Part shown: positions 18,969 through 28,166 of the stretch, in pieces
How positions within the stretch are numbered: position 1 is the stretch's first letter
Layout of the letters: every line of letters starts with the position of its first letter
Source of the DNA: a virus
Taxonomy: Duplodnaviria; Heunggongvirae; Uroviricota; Caudoviricetes
Direction: 5' to 3' (one strand)
Virus record (IMG/VR): IMGVR_UViG_2684622543_000013
Length of the DNA stretch: 37,146 nucleotides
Notes under the pieces: model-generated
Databases searched by the model: none
What the model was told of the DNA's origin: nothing
Seen by the model: only the letters and a program-made list of their open reading frames with translations
Made by a program: the position numbers and the translations under genes

Positions 18969-19790
18969 TTATCCTCTCAGTTCCCGCTGTGCCAGCGGTT
19001 GCAGTGTGCCCTGATAACGGGCAAGGTCAGGACGGTAGGCCGCACCCGGCGCATAAGACCACCCTGCATCGGTGGCTACTTTAGTTGTGCCGGTGCTGAA
19101 GGTGGCCACCTGCCGCATCTCGCCGGTTTTCTCTGAAATCAGCTTCAGTTCCCGGCCCATAGCGGAGCCGGAATCCACGACCTTCAGGCCACGGGCCCGC
19201 ACATCTGCGGCACTCAGGGCAATCACACCACAACGGCAGCGCCAGCCGTTCGGCGGGTAGAATGCCTGCCAGAACGGGTCATCATAACGCAGCACCAGAC
19301 CATGCAGAGCCAGATGGCTTCTGCGGGTATGGCTGTCGCTGATACCGGTATACATCCAGTACGGCCTGTCGTCAGTGTTTTCCATCTGCTCAGCCCAGCG
19401 ACCGGCACTGTAGAGCACCGACATGTTGGTGCGAAAGATGGTGTCGAGCCGCCACGGGCTGCCCTGCATGATGGTGACCGGTTCACCCGTTACCGGGTCG
19501 GTGGTGTCACGCGGCCCCCACCATCCCCTGCGCTGCAGTTCCGGCTCCAGCTCCTTTCTGAACCAGTGGTCTGTCTTCCCCTCGTCCAGCGCCTTCTGCA
19601 GGGCACTCCGGATATCCTCCAGAATATCGAGGCGGGTTACTTTCGCCACGGTGAACGCACGGGCATGGGCATCCTGCCACATGTCCTCCCAGTCCCATGT
19701 GATTTTATACCCTTTGGATTTCAGGTAACTGACAGCCCGCTTCGGGGGAAGTGTCATACAGTACGCCAGTTCAGCTGTTGTCACGCTCAT
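18969..19790 (-). CDS. Head morphogenesis protein (Mu F-like, gp30 family); start taken at ATG 19790
   Basis: Translation ...YKITWDWEDMWQDAHARAFTVAKVTRLDILEDIRSALQKALDEGKT... matches the Mu F signature; directly downstream of portal. Confidence 0.8.
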   Translation of the reverse strand: MSVTTAELAYCMTLPPKRAVSYLKSKGYKITWDWEDMWQDAHARAFTVAKVTRLDILEDIRSALQKALDEGKTDHWFRKELEPELQRRGWWGPRDTTDPVTGEPVTIMQGSPWRLDTIFRTNMSVLYSAGRWAEQMENTDDRPYWMYTGISDSHTRRSHLALHGLVLRYDDPFWQAFYPPNGWRCRCGVIALSAADVRARGLKVVDSGSAMGRELKLISEKTGEMRQVATFSTGTTKVATDAGWSYAPGAAYRPDLARYQGTLQPLAQRELRG

Positions 19791-21270
19791 GCAGACGCCC
19801 CCAGAGTGTTGCAACAAACATAATCCGCGCCAGCCGTTCCTGCAGGTCTTCAGCCTTCATCTGCGGGTACAGTTCAGCCAGCTCCCCCAGCAGTTCAGAC
19901 GGATTTACACCACCCTCAACCCGCTTAAACAGCGGAGCCAGTACGGGTTCCAGCGTACCGTTTAACGAACCTCCGTTCATCAGAATATCCAGTGCATCAT
20001 CCAGTGCCTGCTGTGCCTGAACATCGGCATCAACCGCCTCGGCAAATGACAACGGCAGCATAGCGTTCTTCTGCCGTTCTGACGGTGGCGTCTCATCAAT
20101 ATCGCCGTCCTGCAGCTGGTATTCCCGTTTAAAGTATTGCGGGGTGAAAACCACACCGGTGCGGCTGAGTTTCTCGTCGCGGGTCGCCCGGGTATCGTCG
20201 ACCGTTTCCTGCTCCCACATCTTCCAGACGGGACTGGCCACATCGCCAAAGTTTTGTGATACCACCATCCTGATAGCCTGATTCACTGCGCTTTCCACAA
20301 TATCGGCATCAGCGTCCCTGATATCGTCAGTCACCTCCAGACCAACCATTGCTGATGCCCGGTTACTGTTGGCCTCGGTGGTCTGGTTCTGTCCCAGCAG
20401 GGCGATGGAGATTTCACTGCGGGCCAGCGTTATCAGGTTCTGATAAATATCACTGCTGTCGGCCTTACCTGCGGCCTCCTTGATTTCAATGGACGAATCA
20501 TCAGGGATCGCGGCCACCGCGTCTTCCACCATTGCTTCCATGGAATCCAGCAGCAGGTCAATCTCGCCCTGTGCTGTACCGCGCGGATGCCTGCCGATGA
20601 CCCACGGTGAACCGTATTTCTCGGCGAAGCGCACCCAGAACTTCATACCGCCTTTTTTAAAGGTCACGGGCCAGAAACACATCGACAGATCAGGGAAGCC
20701 ATACGGGTTGTCGTAGGTCGCATCCTGACGCGGTACCACGAACTTGTTCGGCGGTACAGCTTCACCTTCCAGCCCTGAGTCTCTGGCGCGAAAGCGCAGC
20801 AGGTTGTCGTTGTCGAACTGAAACCACTCAGGCGGCTTACCCACGATATCGGTGATGGCCCAGGATTTCACAGAGCGTCCCCACATGATCTCACAGGGCT
20901 GATACCCGTAGAGAACAGCGTCAGTCATCTCACCGATGATGCGGGACAGATCCAGATCGTCCAGCATATCCCGGATGAAACTGAACACCTGTTCCGGGGC
21001 ATGGCCGCGTTCAAGGCCGCGCTCCAGTGATTTGACCGCCGCCTTGCGCCTGCGGATACAGCCGCCGACCAGCGGGTCGGTACGCAGCTCACGGTAGATG
21101 CGGATATCCCGGCCCTGGGATTTCAGAATGGGATCGGGGTTGGGCAGATACATTCCCAGCCCGAAGAAGTCGATGGAACGGCTGCGCGAGGCAATCTGCT
21201 CCGTCAGTGTTTTAGCAGGTTCGGCAAATTTGACAAACTCATCGGGTGAAACCCAGATACCTCTGGCCAT
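19771..21270 (-). CDS. Portal protein (Mu gp29-like, DUF935 family)
   Basis: 499-aa ORF after the terminase large subunit; N-terminus MARGIWVSPDEFVKFAEP... Confidence 0.85.
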   Translation of the reverse strand: MARGIWVSPDEFVKFAEPAKTLTEQIASRSRSIDFFGLGMYLPNPDPILKSQGRDIRIYRELRTDPLVGGCIRRRKAAVKSLERGLERGHAPEQVFSFIRDMLDDLDLSRIIGEMTDAVLYGYQPCEIMWGRSVKSWAITDIVGKPPEWFQFDNDNLLRFRARDSGLEGEAVPPNKFVVPRQDATYDNPYGFPDLSMCFWPVTFKKGGMKFWVRFAEKYGSPWVIGRHPRGTAQGEIDLLLDSMEAMVEDAVAAIPDDSSIEIKEAAGKADSSDIYQNLITLARSEISIALLGQNQTTEANSNRASAMVGLEVTDDIRDADADIVESAVNQAIRMVVSQNFGDVASPVWKMWEQETVDDTRATRDEKLSRTGVVFTPQYFKREYQLQDGDIDETPPSERQKNAMLPLSFAEAVDADVQAQQALDDALDILMNGGSLNGTLEPVLAPLFKRVEGGVNPSELLGELAELYPQMKAEDLQERLARIMFVATLWGRLHERDNS

Positions 21271-22793
21271 CAGTATCCCTCCAGCATACGGGCAGACTGG
21301 CGGCGACGGCGCGAACTCGCCTTCACCGGCCCTTTGTTTATTTCACGGCTGGCAAAATATGCCAGCGCCAGTGCGATGGCGGCATCGCCATGACGTTTGC
21401 CGCCATCCGCCTTTGCTTTTGAGCGCTGTTCCGGCACACGGGGAACGCCGTTGACCACCTGAACCGCCCGCAGGTCGTCCAGTGTGTCTTCATCCTTCGG
21501 TAAATCCACCAGGTTGCCGTCTTCCAGCGCAGCCCTGACCGGCGGCATATGCTCGCGATACCAGTTTTCAGTAAGCATCACCTGTTTAACCCGGCTTGAG
21601 CCATAGCGCTGCATGGCATATTCTGCGAGGTAAGAGCCGTTACCACGGGCATCAAGTGCCGCCCCCATCAGATTTGGCAAACCGTCCATCAGATACCAGG
21701 CGATTTGCTCCTGCTGCTTGAACGGCACGTTACGCAGTTCCAGCACGAACGGCACACGGCGAACCAGGTTCTTCTCCTGTAACAGGGGATAGTCCACCGA
21801 CAGGTCACCGCTGCGGCCAAAGTCGCGTCCCAGGAAAGAGCGGGTGTCCGCAGGCAGCGCCTCCAGCAACGGCTTCAGATGCTCATCAAGCCAGTCCTGC
21901 GTTTCACTCCGGCGCACCTCGTCAGGGAGCAGCTCGTAACCCTCCCTGCAGGTCAGACGCAACACCGGCGTGTCAGCCGACATACGGGACTCAATCAGAG
22001 CACGGGACAGCCAGGCCCCGCCACCGTTGGCCGGAATACAGTCAAGTTCCTCGGATGCACCGGCACCGTAGAATTTGTACACCGATGCCATCCACGCCTG
22101 TTCGGATGCTTCCGACCATTCTTTCCCGGTGCGCAGGCAGACGCGGCGGAACAATCCCTCCGACACCGCCTCCTGAAAAGTGATGCGATGTATGCTGCCA
22201 CCCTGACGTCCGGCCCGTATATCACCGATAAGCGTATTGAACGGGTTGTCGTCACCGTCATGAGTGGAGATAACCCGCACTTTGCCGCCCCAAATGAGCA
22301 TCGCCAGCGCCGCCTTCAGCAGTTCGTCCAGTTGCTCATGGAACGCTGCCTCATCAATAACGATGATGCCCTGACGGCCACGCAGGTTTGACGGGCGGCT
22401 GGAAAGCGCGACGACACGAAAGCCGGAGTCCGGAAATCTGATGGTATAGGTTTTGATGTGCTTGTCGTCTTCGTCCTCTTCCCAGAAACCTTCTTCGATT
22501 TCCCCGGCGGCGTAGTTGAATGCCCGCGCCCACATCGCACAGGCCTGGATATATTCGACCGTCATGTCCTGGTTATAGGCGATATAATAGACGTTCATTC
22601 CTCCCGCAGCGGCTGAAGATGCGGCGGTCAGCACATTGTCAGATGCCTCAGCCCAGGTAATACCGGTACGGCGGCTCTTTTCAATCACCTTGAGCGGAGA
22701 CGTGTCAGCCACCCAGCGCTGCTGGTATGACATCAGAACGACCGGAATATCCAGTGCCGAGGTATCAGGCAAAACGGGTGTATGCTGACTCAT
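21270..22793 (-). CDS. Terminase large subunit (Mu gp28-like)
   Basis: 507-aa ORF; ATPase and nuclease-type acidic motifs (VIDEAAF, DGDDNPF); position before portal. Confidence 0.85.
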   Translation of the reverse strand: MSQHTPVLPDTSALDIPVVLMSYQQRWVADTSPLKVIEKSRRTGITWAEASDNVLTAASSAAAGGMNVYYIAYNQDMTVEYIQACAMWARAFNYAAGEIEEGFWEEDEDDKHIKTYTIRFPDSGFRVVALSSRPSNLRGRQGIIVIDEAAFHEQLDELLKAALAMLIWGGKVRVISTHDGDDNPFNTLIGDIRAGRQGGSIHRITFQEAVSEGLFRRVCLRTGKEWSEASEQAWMASVYKFYGAGASEELDCIPANGGGAWLSRALIESRMSADTPVLRLTCREGYELLPDEVRRSETQDWLDEHLKPLLEALPADTRSFLGRDFGRSGDLSVDYPLLQEKNLVRRVPFVLELRNVPFKQQEQIAWYLMDGLPNLMGAALDARGNGSYLAEYAMQRYGSSRVKQVMLTENWYREHMPPVRAALEDGNLVDLPKDEDTLDDLRAVQVVNGVPRVPEQRSKAKADGGKRHGDAAIALALAYFASREINKGPVKASSRRRRQSARMLEGY

Positions 22794-23338
22794 GTCGCAA
22801 TCCCCAGAATTTCACGGCGCAGCGCCTGTACCGCATCGGCTGAGAGACCACCCTTACGGGCAATTTTCTCGGCATTGCTGGCTGCCAGTCGGGCACGGTC
22901 ACGGACTTCGCTCTGAAATTTCTTCAGATTGACCGACGCGCGGGACAACGTAGCCACGTTCTTCGCCACCTTTGACAACAGCGCCACGCGTTCTTTGGGG
23001 TCGACTTCGCCTTCCTCCGCTTCCTGCAGCTGAACGATGCTCTCGAACAGCTCGGTCTGGATCAGGGCGATCACCGCCTCCGAACGTGCATCCTGATCGT
23101 CAGCCGCGCCTTCGGTCAGCATGCGGGCCGCTTCGGTGGCCGCACGGATAGCGCCGTAGCGGCGCTCAATCTTCTGGCCATAGCGGTGGATAGCCGACTT
23201 GCTGATAACGTAACCCTGCTCACGCAGCAGAGACTCCAGTTCGGTGTACCCGCTGAAACCGGATTCGGTCAGCGCCCGTTCAAGCCAGCGGCGCACGTCT
23301 TCCGGCAGTTTCTCTATCGAGCTGCGTCTGGCCATCAT
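22790..23338 (-). CDS. Mu gp27-like protein (DUF3486; putative terminase small subunit)
   Basis: 182-aa ORF overlapping the start of the terminase large gene by 4 bp. Confidence 0.6.
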   Translation of the reverse strand: MMARRSSIEKLPEDVRRWLERALTESGFSGYTELESLLREQGYVISKSAIHRYGQKIERRYGAIRAATEAARMLTEGAADDQDARSEAVIALIQTELFESIVQLQEAEEGEVDPKERVALLSKVAKNVATLSRASVNLKKFQSEVRDRARLAASNAEKIARKGGLSADAVQALRREILGIAT

Positions 23339-23646
23339 TCACTCCAGTACTTTTCCGGACGGGCAATGCCGGGTCCGCATTCCACGGTATATTCCACCAG
23401 GTCAACACCGAGGCGGGTCAGGTCGGCAAACCAGTCGCCGGACGGCTTTTTCTCCAGATCAACCATTCTGCGGTCTGACAGATAATCCAGCTCTCGGCGC
23501 AACTCCAGCGGCGTGGTGTCAGGATAGATGGCGCGGGCCACATCCAGCAGCAGCGTCTCACTGGCGGTGTACGGACGGGTTTTGTTAAGGGCCACCAGCA
23601 GACTCCAGCGCAGGGATTCCCGGCGCACACGGGTAATATCAACCAT
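23335..23646 (-). CDS. Hypothetical late protein; start taken at ATG 23646
   Basis: Translation MVDITRVRRESLRWSLLVALNKT...; the longer ORF to 23748 overlaps the upstream gene. Confidence 0.45.
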   Translation of the reverse strand: MVDITRVRRESLRWSLLVALNKTRPYTASETLLLDVARAIYPDTTPLELRRELDYLSDRRMVDLEKKPSGDWFADLTRLGVDLVEYTVECGPGIARPEKYWSE

Positions 23647-23971
23647 TTTTACCTCCGGTAATACGGTACTGCTGTACCACTTCCAGTTTGTTATAGAGTG
23701 CGTCCAGCTTTGCCTCAATGACCGTCTGACCCCGGATGTAATCTTCACGGCGGACGTAGTTCAGCGGTAAATCGGCCTTGAACCGCATAAATTCTTTTTC
23801 CAGTTCACCCCAGTTGGAAGCGGACTGCTGCAGCGACTGCTCAAGTGACGCAAACCTGGCAGCCTGCCGCTCCTCTGCTTTACTGAAAAGCCACTTGGCC
23901 ATCCCTCCGGCAAAGCTCATAAAGGTGATAAGGAAACCCACCACCGTCCAGAATTCAACCTGCAGCGTCAT
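23639..23971 (-). CDS. Small membrane-anchored late protein (N-terminal transmembrane helix)
   Basis: 110-aa ORF with hydrophobic N-terminus WTVVGFLITFMSFAGG; lies between the lysis cassette and the terminase genes. Confidence 0.5.
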   Translation of the reverse strand: MTLQVEFWTVVGFLITFMSFAGGMAKWLFSKAEERQAARFASLEQSLQQSASNWGELEKEFMRFKADLPLNYVRREDYIRGQTVIEAKLDALYNKLEVVQQYRITGGKNG

Positions 23972-24570
23972 TTCTGTAATCCTTCCCGTTCATCCAGCAA
24001 CCCGTTTATCTGGCTTCGCCAGGTACGGCACTGCTGTGCGTTGTCAATGATGTTGGCGAGGACATCCCGCTGTGAGACGCCTGAGTCGCGTAGCCGGGTA
24101 TCAGTGGTTTCAGGTTGCCGGGACGTTGTGCCAGCGCCGGTGCCAGCGGTGGCAGCTGTGTCCGGAATGCCTGTACTGCCGGATGTATCGTCATATCCGA
24201 GTGCGGCGTTGTACTGCTGCACGAAACCGCGAGTAAACACGCACTCAATGGAATGGCTCGTGCCTTTTTCATCAACCCAGCGCTGTGTGACATCTTTTAC
24301 CTGCCTTTGTAGTTGTCTGTTCCGGCTTTCCAGCTGAGCAATCTGCTCAAGGTAACCGGCCTCTGCCTGATGCCCTGCGGTAACCTGCTCCTGATAACGC
24401 GCAGCCCAGGCTTTAAGTGCGGCGTTCTCCTGCTCTGCCTGTTCTCTTCTGTATCTGTCGAACTCAGACTGCAGTTTGCTGATTGCGGTATCCCCGTCAC
24501 GCTTTGCATTATCGCGGCCATTGCCGTATCCCATGTAATACAGCCCTGCGAGAAACCCGCTGATAATCAT
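23968..24570 (-). CDS. Inner-membrane spanin (Rz-like); start taken at ATG 24570
   Basis: N-terminal TM helix MIISGFLAGLYY followed by a charged coiled-coil (RYRREQAEQENAALKAWAARYQ...); an embedded lipoprotein ORF lies in another frame. Confidence 0.7.
   Translation of the reverse strand: MIISGFLAGLYYMGYGNGRDNAKRDGDTAISKLQSEFDRYRREQAEQENAALKAWAARYQEQVTAGHQAEAGYLEQIAQLESRNRQLQRQVKDVTQRWVDEKGTSHSIECVFTRGFVQQYNAALGYDDTSGSTGIPDTAATAGTGAGTTSRQPETTDTRLRDSGVSQRDVLANIIDNAQQCRTWRSQINGLLDEREGLQK
24006..24272 (-). CDS. Outer-membrane spanin (Rz1-like lipoprotein) embedded in the spanin gene
   Basis: MKKARAIPLSACLLAVSCSS signal with lipobox-like Cys, then a proline-rich mature region; wholly inside the Rz-like gene in a different frame. 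Confidence 0.6.
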   Translation of the reverse strand: MKKARAIPLSACLLAVSCSSTTPHSDMTIHPAVQAFRTQLPPLAPALAQRPGNLKPLIPGYATQASHSGMSSPTSLTTHSSAVPGEAR

Positions 24571-24610
24571 AGCCGGCAACAATCCGCGCCACGGCAGTTT
24601 TTGTATCAGA

Positions 24611-25339
24611 TTAATCCACACAGCTGCCGCCTCCCCAGGTGAGATAACGGGGGGCCAGCTCCAGCAGAATACGCTGCGGGTAGTGACGGTTCTCGCGCCA
24701 GTTAGCCGCACTGCGTCCGGCATTGACGGTGGCGACATGACCAAACCAGCGGGTGCTGTCCAGTCCCTGCTGCAGAGCCAGACGTTTGTCACGCTGCACC
24801 CAGCCCAGACCACCGTTATAACCTGAGAGCGTCATTGCCATACGCTCACAGTTACCGGCTGCACTGACACGCTGCCACAGCCAGCGGTCATAACTGACCA
24901 GCGCCCGGATAGCCCAGGACGGATTAAACGGCTCGCGCTGATGAAGTCCGGGAACTGAGCGGCTTATCCAGTCGGCAGTGGCGGGCATGAACTGAGCCAT
25001 GCCCTGAGCACCAGCCGGAGATACAGCACCGGGCCGCCAGCCGCTTTCCTGATGTAACTGTGCGGCAAAATCAGCCACCGGCGCAGATACCCCCCATTCC
25101 AGACGGGCATTACGAATCAGCTCACTGCGGTACTTCAGTGCGGCCTGCGGGAGCTGTGCTGCTGCGGCCTGACTGAAAAAACCACCGCACCAGAGCAACC
25201 ACGCAATAAGCAGATTGTCCATAAGCTTCCACCAGAAACTGTATTTATCGTTGCGTGGTTCACCATGTTTAATGGCGGTTGCGCCCAGACAAAAAGCAAT
25301 CAGAAAGATGAATGTAATCTGAGGCCAGTTCATGGTCAC
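24611..25339 (-). CDS. Endolysin, lytic transglycosylase family, with N-terminal signal-anchor (SAR-type)
   Basis: Transglycosylase motif ...QLHQESGWRPGAVSPAGAQGMAQFMPATA...; hydrophobic N-terminus MTMNWPQITFIFLIAFCLGATAI. Confidence 0.8.
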   Translation of the reverse strand: MTMNWPQITFIFLIAFCLGATAIKHGEPRNDKYSFWWKLMDNLLIAWLLWCGGFFSQAAAAQLPQAALKYRSELIRNARLEWGVSAPVADFAAQLHQESGWRPGAVSPAGAQGMAQFMPATADWISRSVPGLHQREPFNPSWAIRALVSYDRWLWQRVSAAGNCERMAMTLSGYNGGLGWVQRDKRLALQQGLDSTRWFGHVATVNAGRSAANWRENRHYPQRILLELAPRYLTWGGGSCVD

Positions 25340-25686
25340 AGCCCCGTTGCCACAGACAGGCAGACTGCCGCAACAATCAGCGCACGGCGGATCAGGGCAG
25401 CGGAAAACACCAGGTGACGGCCTGTCTGAACGGGATAGCGTCCTTCCGACATCAGCTTTTTATCGTGCATCAGGTACTGACCCGGACGGGCTTTGGGGAA
25501 AAGTGACCGGTCAAGCCAGTAACCCAGCACAGCAGCCAGTGTGATAAGTGACAGTTTGTAGACCACCACCGGCAGTTGCTGCGGAGATACAAGACCGATA
25601 ATACCGAGCAGCAGCACGGCGGTCAGCAGCCATCCGATGAGGCGGGGTTTTTTAACGGGAGGGATGATTTTTTTCAGGTTTTTCAT
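25336..25686 (-). CDS. Holin-like membrane protein (first gene of the late operon)
   Basis: 116-aa ORF with 2-3 predicted TM helices, immediately upstream of the endolysin gene with 4-bp overlap. Confidence 0.65.
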   Translation of the reverse strand: MKNLKKIIPPVKKPRLIGWLLTAVLLLGIIGLVSPQQLPVVVYKLSLITLAAVLGYWLDRSLFPKARPGQYLMHDKKLMSEGRYPVQTGRHLVFSAALIRRALIVAAVCLSVATGL

Positions 25687-25800
25687 GAGGGTCTCCTTGT
25701 TATGTCGGAGACAGCATCACAAATACCGGGGGAAAGGGATTTTAAACAGCGTTAATAGTGAGACGGCAGGCGGTAACGGCATGATGCCCTGAAAGAACGA

Positions 25801-25828
25801 CCGGCCCGGTGCGCTAACACCGGACCGG
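25801..25828. promoter_or_regulatory. GC-rich imperfect dyad (CCGGCCCGGTG-cgctaa-CACCGGACCGG) in the late-operon leader; candidate activator-binding site or leader hairpin
   Basis: 11-bp arms with one mismatch, about 115 bp upstream of the holin start, in the 247-bp gap between the divergent late operon and methyltransferase gene. Confidence 0.35.
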
Positions 25829-25933
25829 CCGTCAACCCACAGACAAGACCTGTGAGCCGACCAGGGTTCAGTCAGTCTCGCGAGACCTGACCAGCCTGCC
25901 ATATTTTCACTGACAGTAAAAGGCTTACATATA

Positions 25934-26701
25934 ATGAAACAGCAATTTTTACCCATCGTCCCCTGGATTGGCGGAAAACGTCGGCTGGCCAAACATATTC
26001 TGCCGTTGTTTCCTGCTCATACCTGCTACGTGGAACCATTCTGCGGCGCAGCGGCACTTTACTTCCTCAAGAACCCCTGCAAGGTTGAGGTCATCAATGA
26101 TATCAATGGTGAATTAGTCAACCTCTACCGGGTGGTAAAGCATCATCTGGAAGAGTTCGTCCGTCAGTTCAAATGGGCACTGGTCAGCCGCCAGATTTAT
26201 AAGTGGCTGCAGGATACCCCGGAAGAAACACTCACTGACATTCAGCGGGCGGCAAGGTTCTACTATCTGCAGAAGCAGGCGTTTGGCGGTAAGGTGGCAG
26301 AACATACATTCGGAATATCCACCACCAGTGCACCGCGTTTTAACCTGTTGCGTATTGAAGAGGAACTGTCGATGGCGCACCTGCGCCTGTCCAGAACGCT
26401 GATAGAGCATCTGGACTGGCACCAGTGTATTGAGCGTTATGATCGCCAGCATACGCTGTTCTACTGCGACCCGCCGTACTGGGGAACGGAAGGTTATGGT
26501 GTGGACTTTCCGATAGGTAACTATATCCACATGGCGGAACTGGCCAGGAGTATCAAAGGGAAAATGATTATATCAGTGAACGATATCCCTGAAATGCGAC
26601 AGATATTTAACGGTCTGAATATTCACAGTGTAGAGATTAATTACAGTCTTGCAGCGAAGGGAACATCACGAAGTGAACTTATTGTAAGTAATTTAGAGTA
26701 G
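25934..26701 (+). CDS. DNA N6-adenine methyltransferase, Dam family
   Basis: Translation has the AdoMet motif PWIGGKRRLAKHILPLFP...YVEPFCGAAALYF and the catalytic DPPY motif (LFYCDPPYWGTEG). Confidence 0.85.
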   Translation: MKQQFLPIVPWIGGKRRLAKHILPLFPAHTCYVEPFCGAAALYFLKNPCKVEVINDINGELVNLYRVVKHHLEEFVRQFKWALVSRQIYKWLQDTPEETLTDIQRAARFYYLQKQAFGGKVAEHTFGISTTSAPRFNLLRIEEELSMAHLRLSRTLIEHLDWHQCIERYDRQHTLFYCDPPYWGTEGYGVDFPIGNYIHMAELARSIKGKMIISVNDIPEMRQIFNGLNIHSVEINYSLAAKGTSRSELIVSNLE

Positions 26702-26729
26702 ACTCGAAAGGGAACTTGTCGTCTTACAT

Positions 26730-26755
26730 AAAGATGCACCATAAGGTGCATCTTT
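26730..26755. terminator. Bidirectional terminator hairpin (AAAGATGCACC-ataa-GGTGCATCTTT) between the convergent methyltransferase and membrane-protein genes
   Basis: Perfect 11-bp inverted repeat with 4-nt loop, AT-rich flanks on both sides. Confidence 0.65.
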
Positions 26756-27173
26756 ATGATATTACTTTGATAATATTGAACAATCGTCTGCCTGTTTGTA
26801 ATAAACATAACATAGACGTGGCAACAAGCCCGATAAGAATAGCGGCTATAAACTCTTGATGTTTGCTTTGCAGCATTAGCCCAATTAAGCATGTCAACAC
26901 CAACACTAACAGAACCAAGCAAGTATCGAATGCATCACTCATCAGGCGCCTGTAATGTCCCGTTTTTTGCATATTTTTAAGTAACGGTTTATCAAGCAAC
27001 GATGCGAGTAGCGCAATTGCTGTAATAATAAAACCCAGTAATGTTGCAAAAACACTGGATAATGTTGTCATAAAGTTTGGGATTGCGGCTACTGGCATGT
27101 GGGGCAACTTGAACCAGTAGAGAAAACCTATTCCACATCCAATCAACAATCTAAGCAATAGGGCCGAGTTCAT
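26754..27173 (-). CDS. Small 4-helix integral membrane protein, second gene of the repressor-linked cassette (RexB-like architecture); start taken at ATG 27173
   Basis: About 139 aa with four hydrophobic segments (LLLRLLIGCGIGFLYWF; FMTTLSSVFATLLGFIITAIALLASLL; CLVLLVLVLTCLIGLML; FIAAILIGLVATSMLCLL); AT-rich; overlaps the upstream gene by 23 bp. Confidence 0.7.
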   Translation of the reverse strand: MNSALLLRLLIGCGIGFLYWFKLPHMPVAAIPNFMTTLSSVFATLLGFIITAIALLASLLDKPLLKNMQKTGHYRRLMSDAFDTCLVLLVLVLTCLIGLMLQSKHQEFIAAILIGLVATSMLCLLQTGRRLFNIIKVIS

Positions 27174-28044
27174 CTTCTCCAATATATGCATTGATACTCT
27201 CCCGGTTTTCAGCATACGCAGTATCGATTAGGCGGTACATGGTTTCGGCTGGAGGGAAACGAGCGTCAGTAACCACCGATTGATAGGACGAAATACGCTC
27301 GGCGATCAAATCTATTGGATGGACAACACCATCAGAATCAAACACATCAATTACCGCCTTTTTCGCCCCGAACTCGACCAATTCTTGCATAGCAAATTTT
27401 ATATTCTGTTTAAGCCTACCGTCACTATCGCCACGACGAGTATTAATCCCCATTATAATTTGCATTGTATCAGCCCCCGCATCACCAAGCAGTTGTAGTG
27501 TTTTTTGGCTGAAATCAGTATCAGGGTAAAGCTCAGGGTTACGGGGGCGAGGAATTGTTAACTGAATTTTTTTCATTTTGACATCTCCCCTCATTAGCCT
27601 AGTAATTGCATCTTTTTCCAGCAAAGGCGCAGGCTTAACCTTTGAACCAAAGATAGTTGAAAGAAATGCACTAAAACGGGTTATGCCACAAGCCACATGA
27701 TTGTAGTGCCAACCTACTATATTGATTTGAGGATAAAATACAAAAAAATTGCGTTCAATGATTCCTTCATCCTTAGCAAGTGGAATCGGGGTAGACTGCT
27801 TTCCTGGTGCACCTTTATCTGGGATATTCGAGTTGCGAAATTTCCTCAGCTCACCACTAAAAGAACCATCCACGCGTTTTTTCAACCCCCAAATTTCTCT
27901 AGTAAAACCCTCATGATTTGAAGATGAAGGTGTCAGCTTATTAACTACAGACTGAAAAGCATCTCCGAGATTTGCTAACTGTTTTGTGGACTTAAACGAT
28001 AACTGATAAAACTCAATACGATAATTTCTTACATCACCACTCAT
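27151..28044 (-). CDS. Hypothetical 297-aa soluble protein, first gene of the repressor-linked cassette (RexA-like position)
   Basis: Long ORF co-oriented with and 122 bp downstream of the repressor gene; distinctly AT-rich compared with the rest of the prophage; no motif recognised by eye. Confidence 0.7.
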   Translation of the reverse strand: MSGDVRNYRIEFYQLSFKSTKQLANLGDAFQSVVNKLTPSSSNHEGFTREIWGLKKRVDGSFSGELRKFRNSNIPDKGAPGKQSTPIPLAKDEGIIERNFFVFYPQINIVGWHYNHVACGITRFSAFLSTIFGSKVKPAPLLEKDAITRLMRGDVKMKKIQLTIPRPRNPELYPDTDFSQKTLQLLGDAGADTMQIIMGINTRRGDSDGRLKQNIKFAMQELVEFGAKKAVIDVFDSDGVVHPIDLIAERISSYQSVVTDARFPPAETMYRLIDTAYAENRESINAYIGEDELGPIA

Positions 28045-28166
28045 ACGATTAATCCTTAATATGGCAAGTTCAAATGGTTAGCGCGAACAACAAATCTTGG
28101 TGTTTAAACCAGCATGCATAACGAAGAGGTTTGATAGCCTCGTCGATTATTCCCATTAGGAACAGA

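Noticed and set aside
23968-24813. Long form (281 aa) of the spanin ORF
   Set aside because: The 5' extension overlaps the endolysin gene by about 200 bp and encodes no recognisable domain; the start was reset to the internal ATG at 24570 that begins the transmembrane helix.
25717-25992. 91-aa minus-strand ORF in the late-promoter region
   Set aside because: It lies in the intergenic regulatory region, overlaps the methyltransferase start on the opposite strand and has no coding features.
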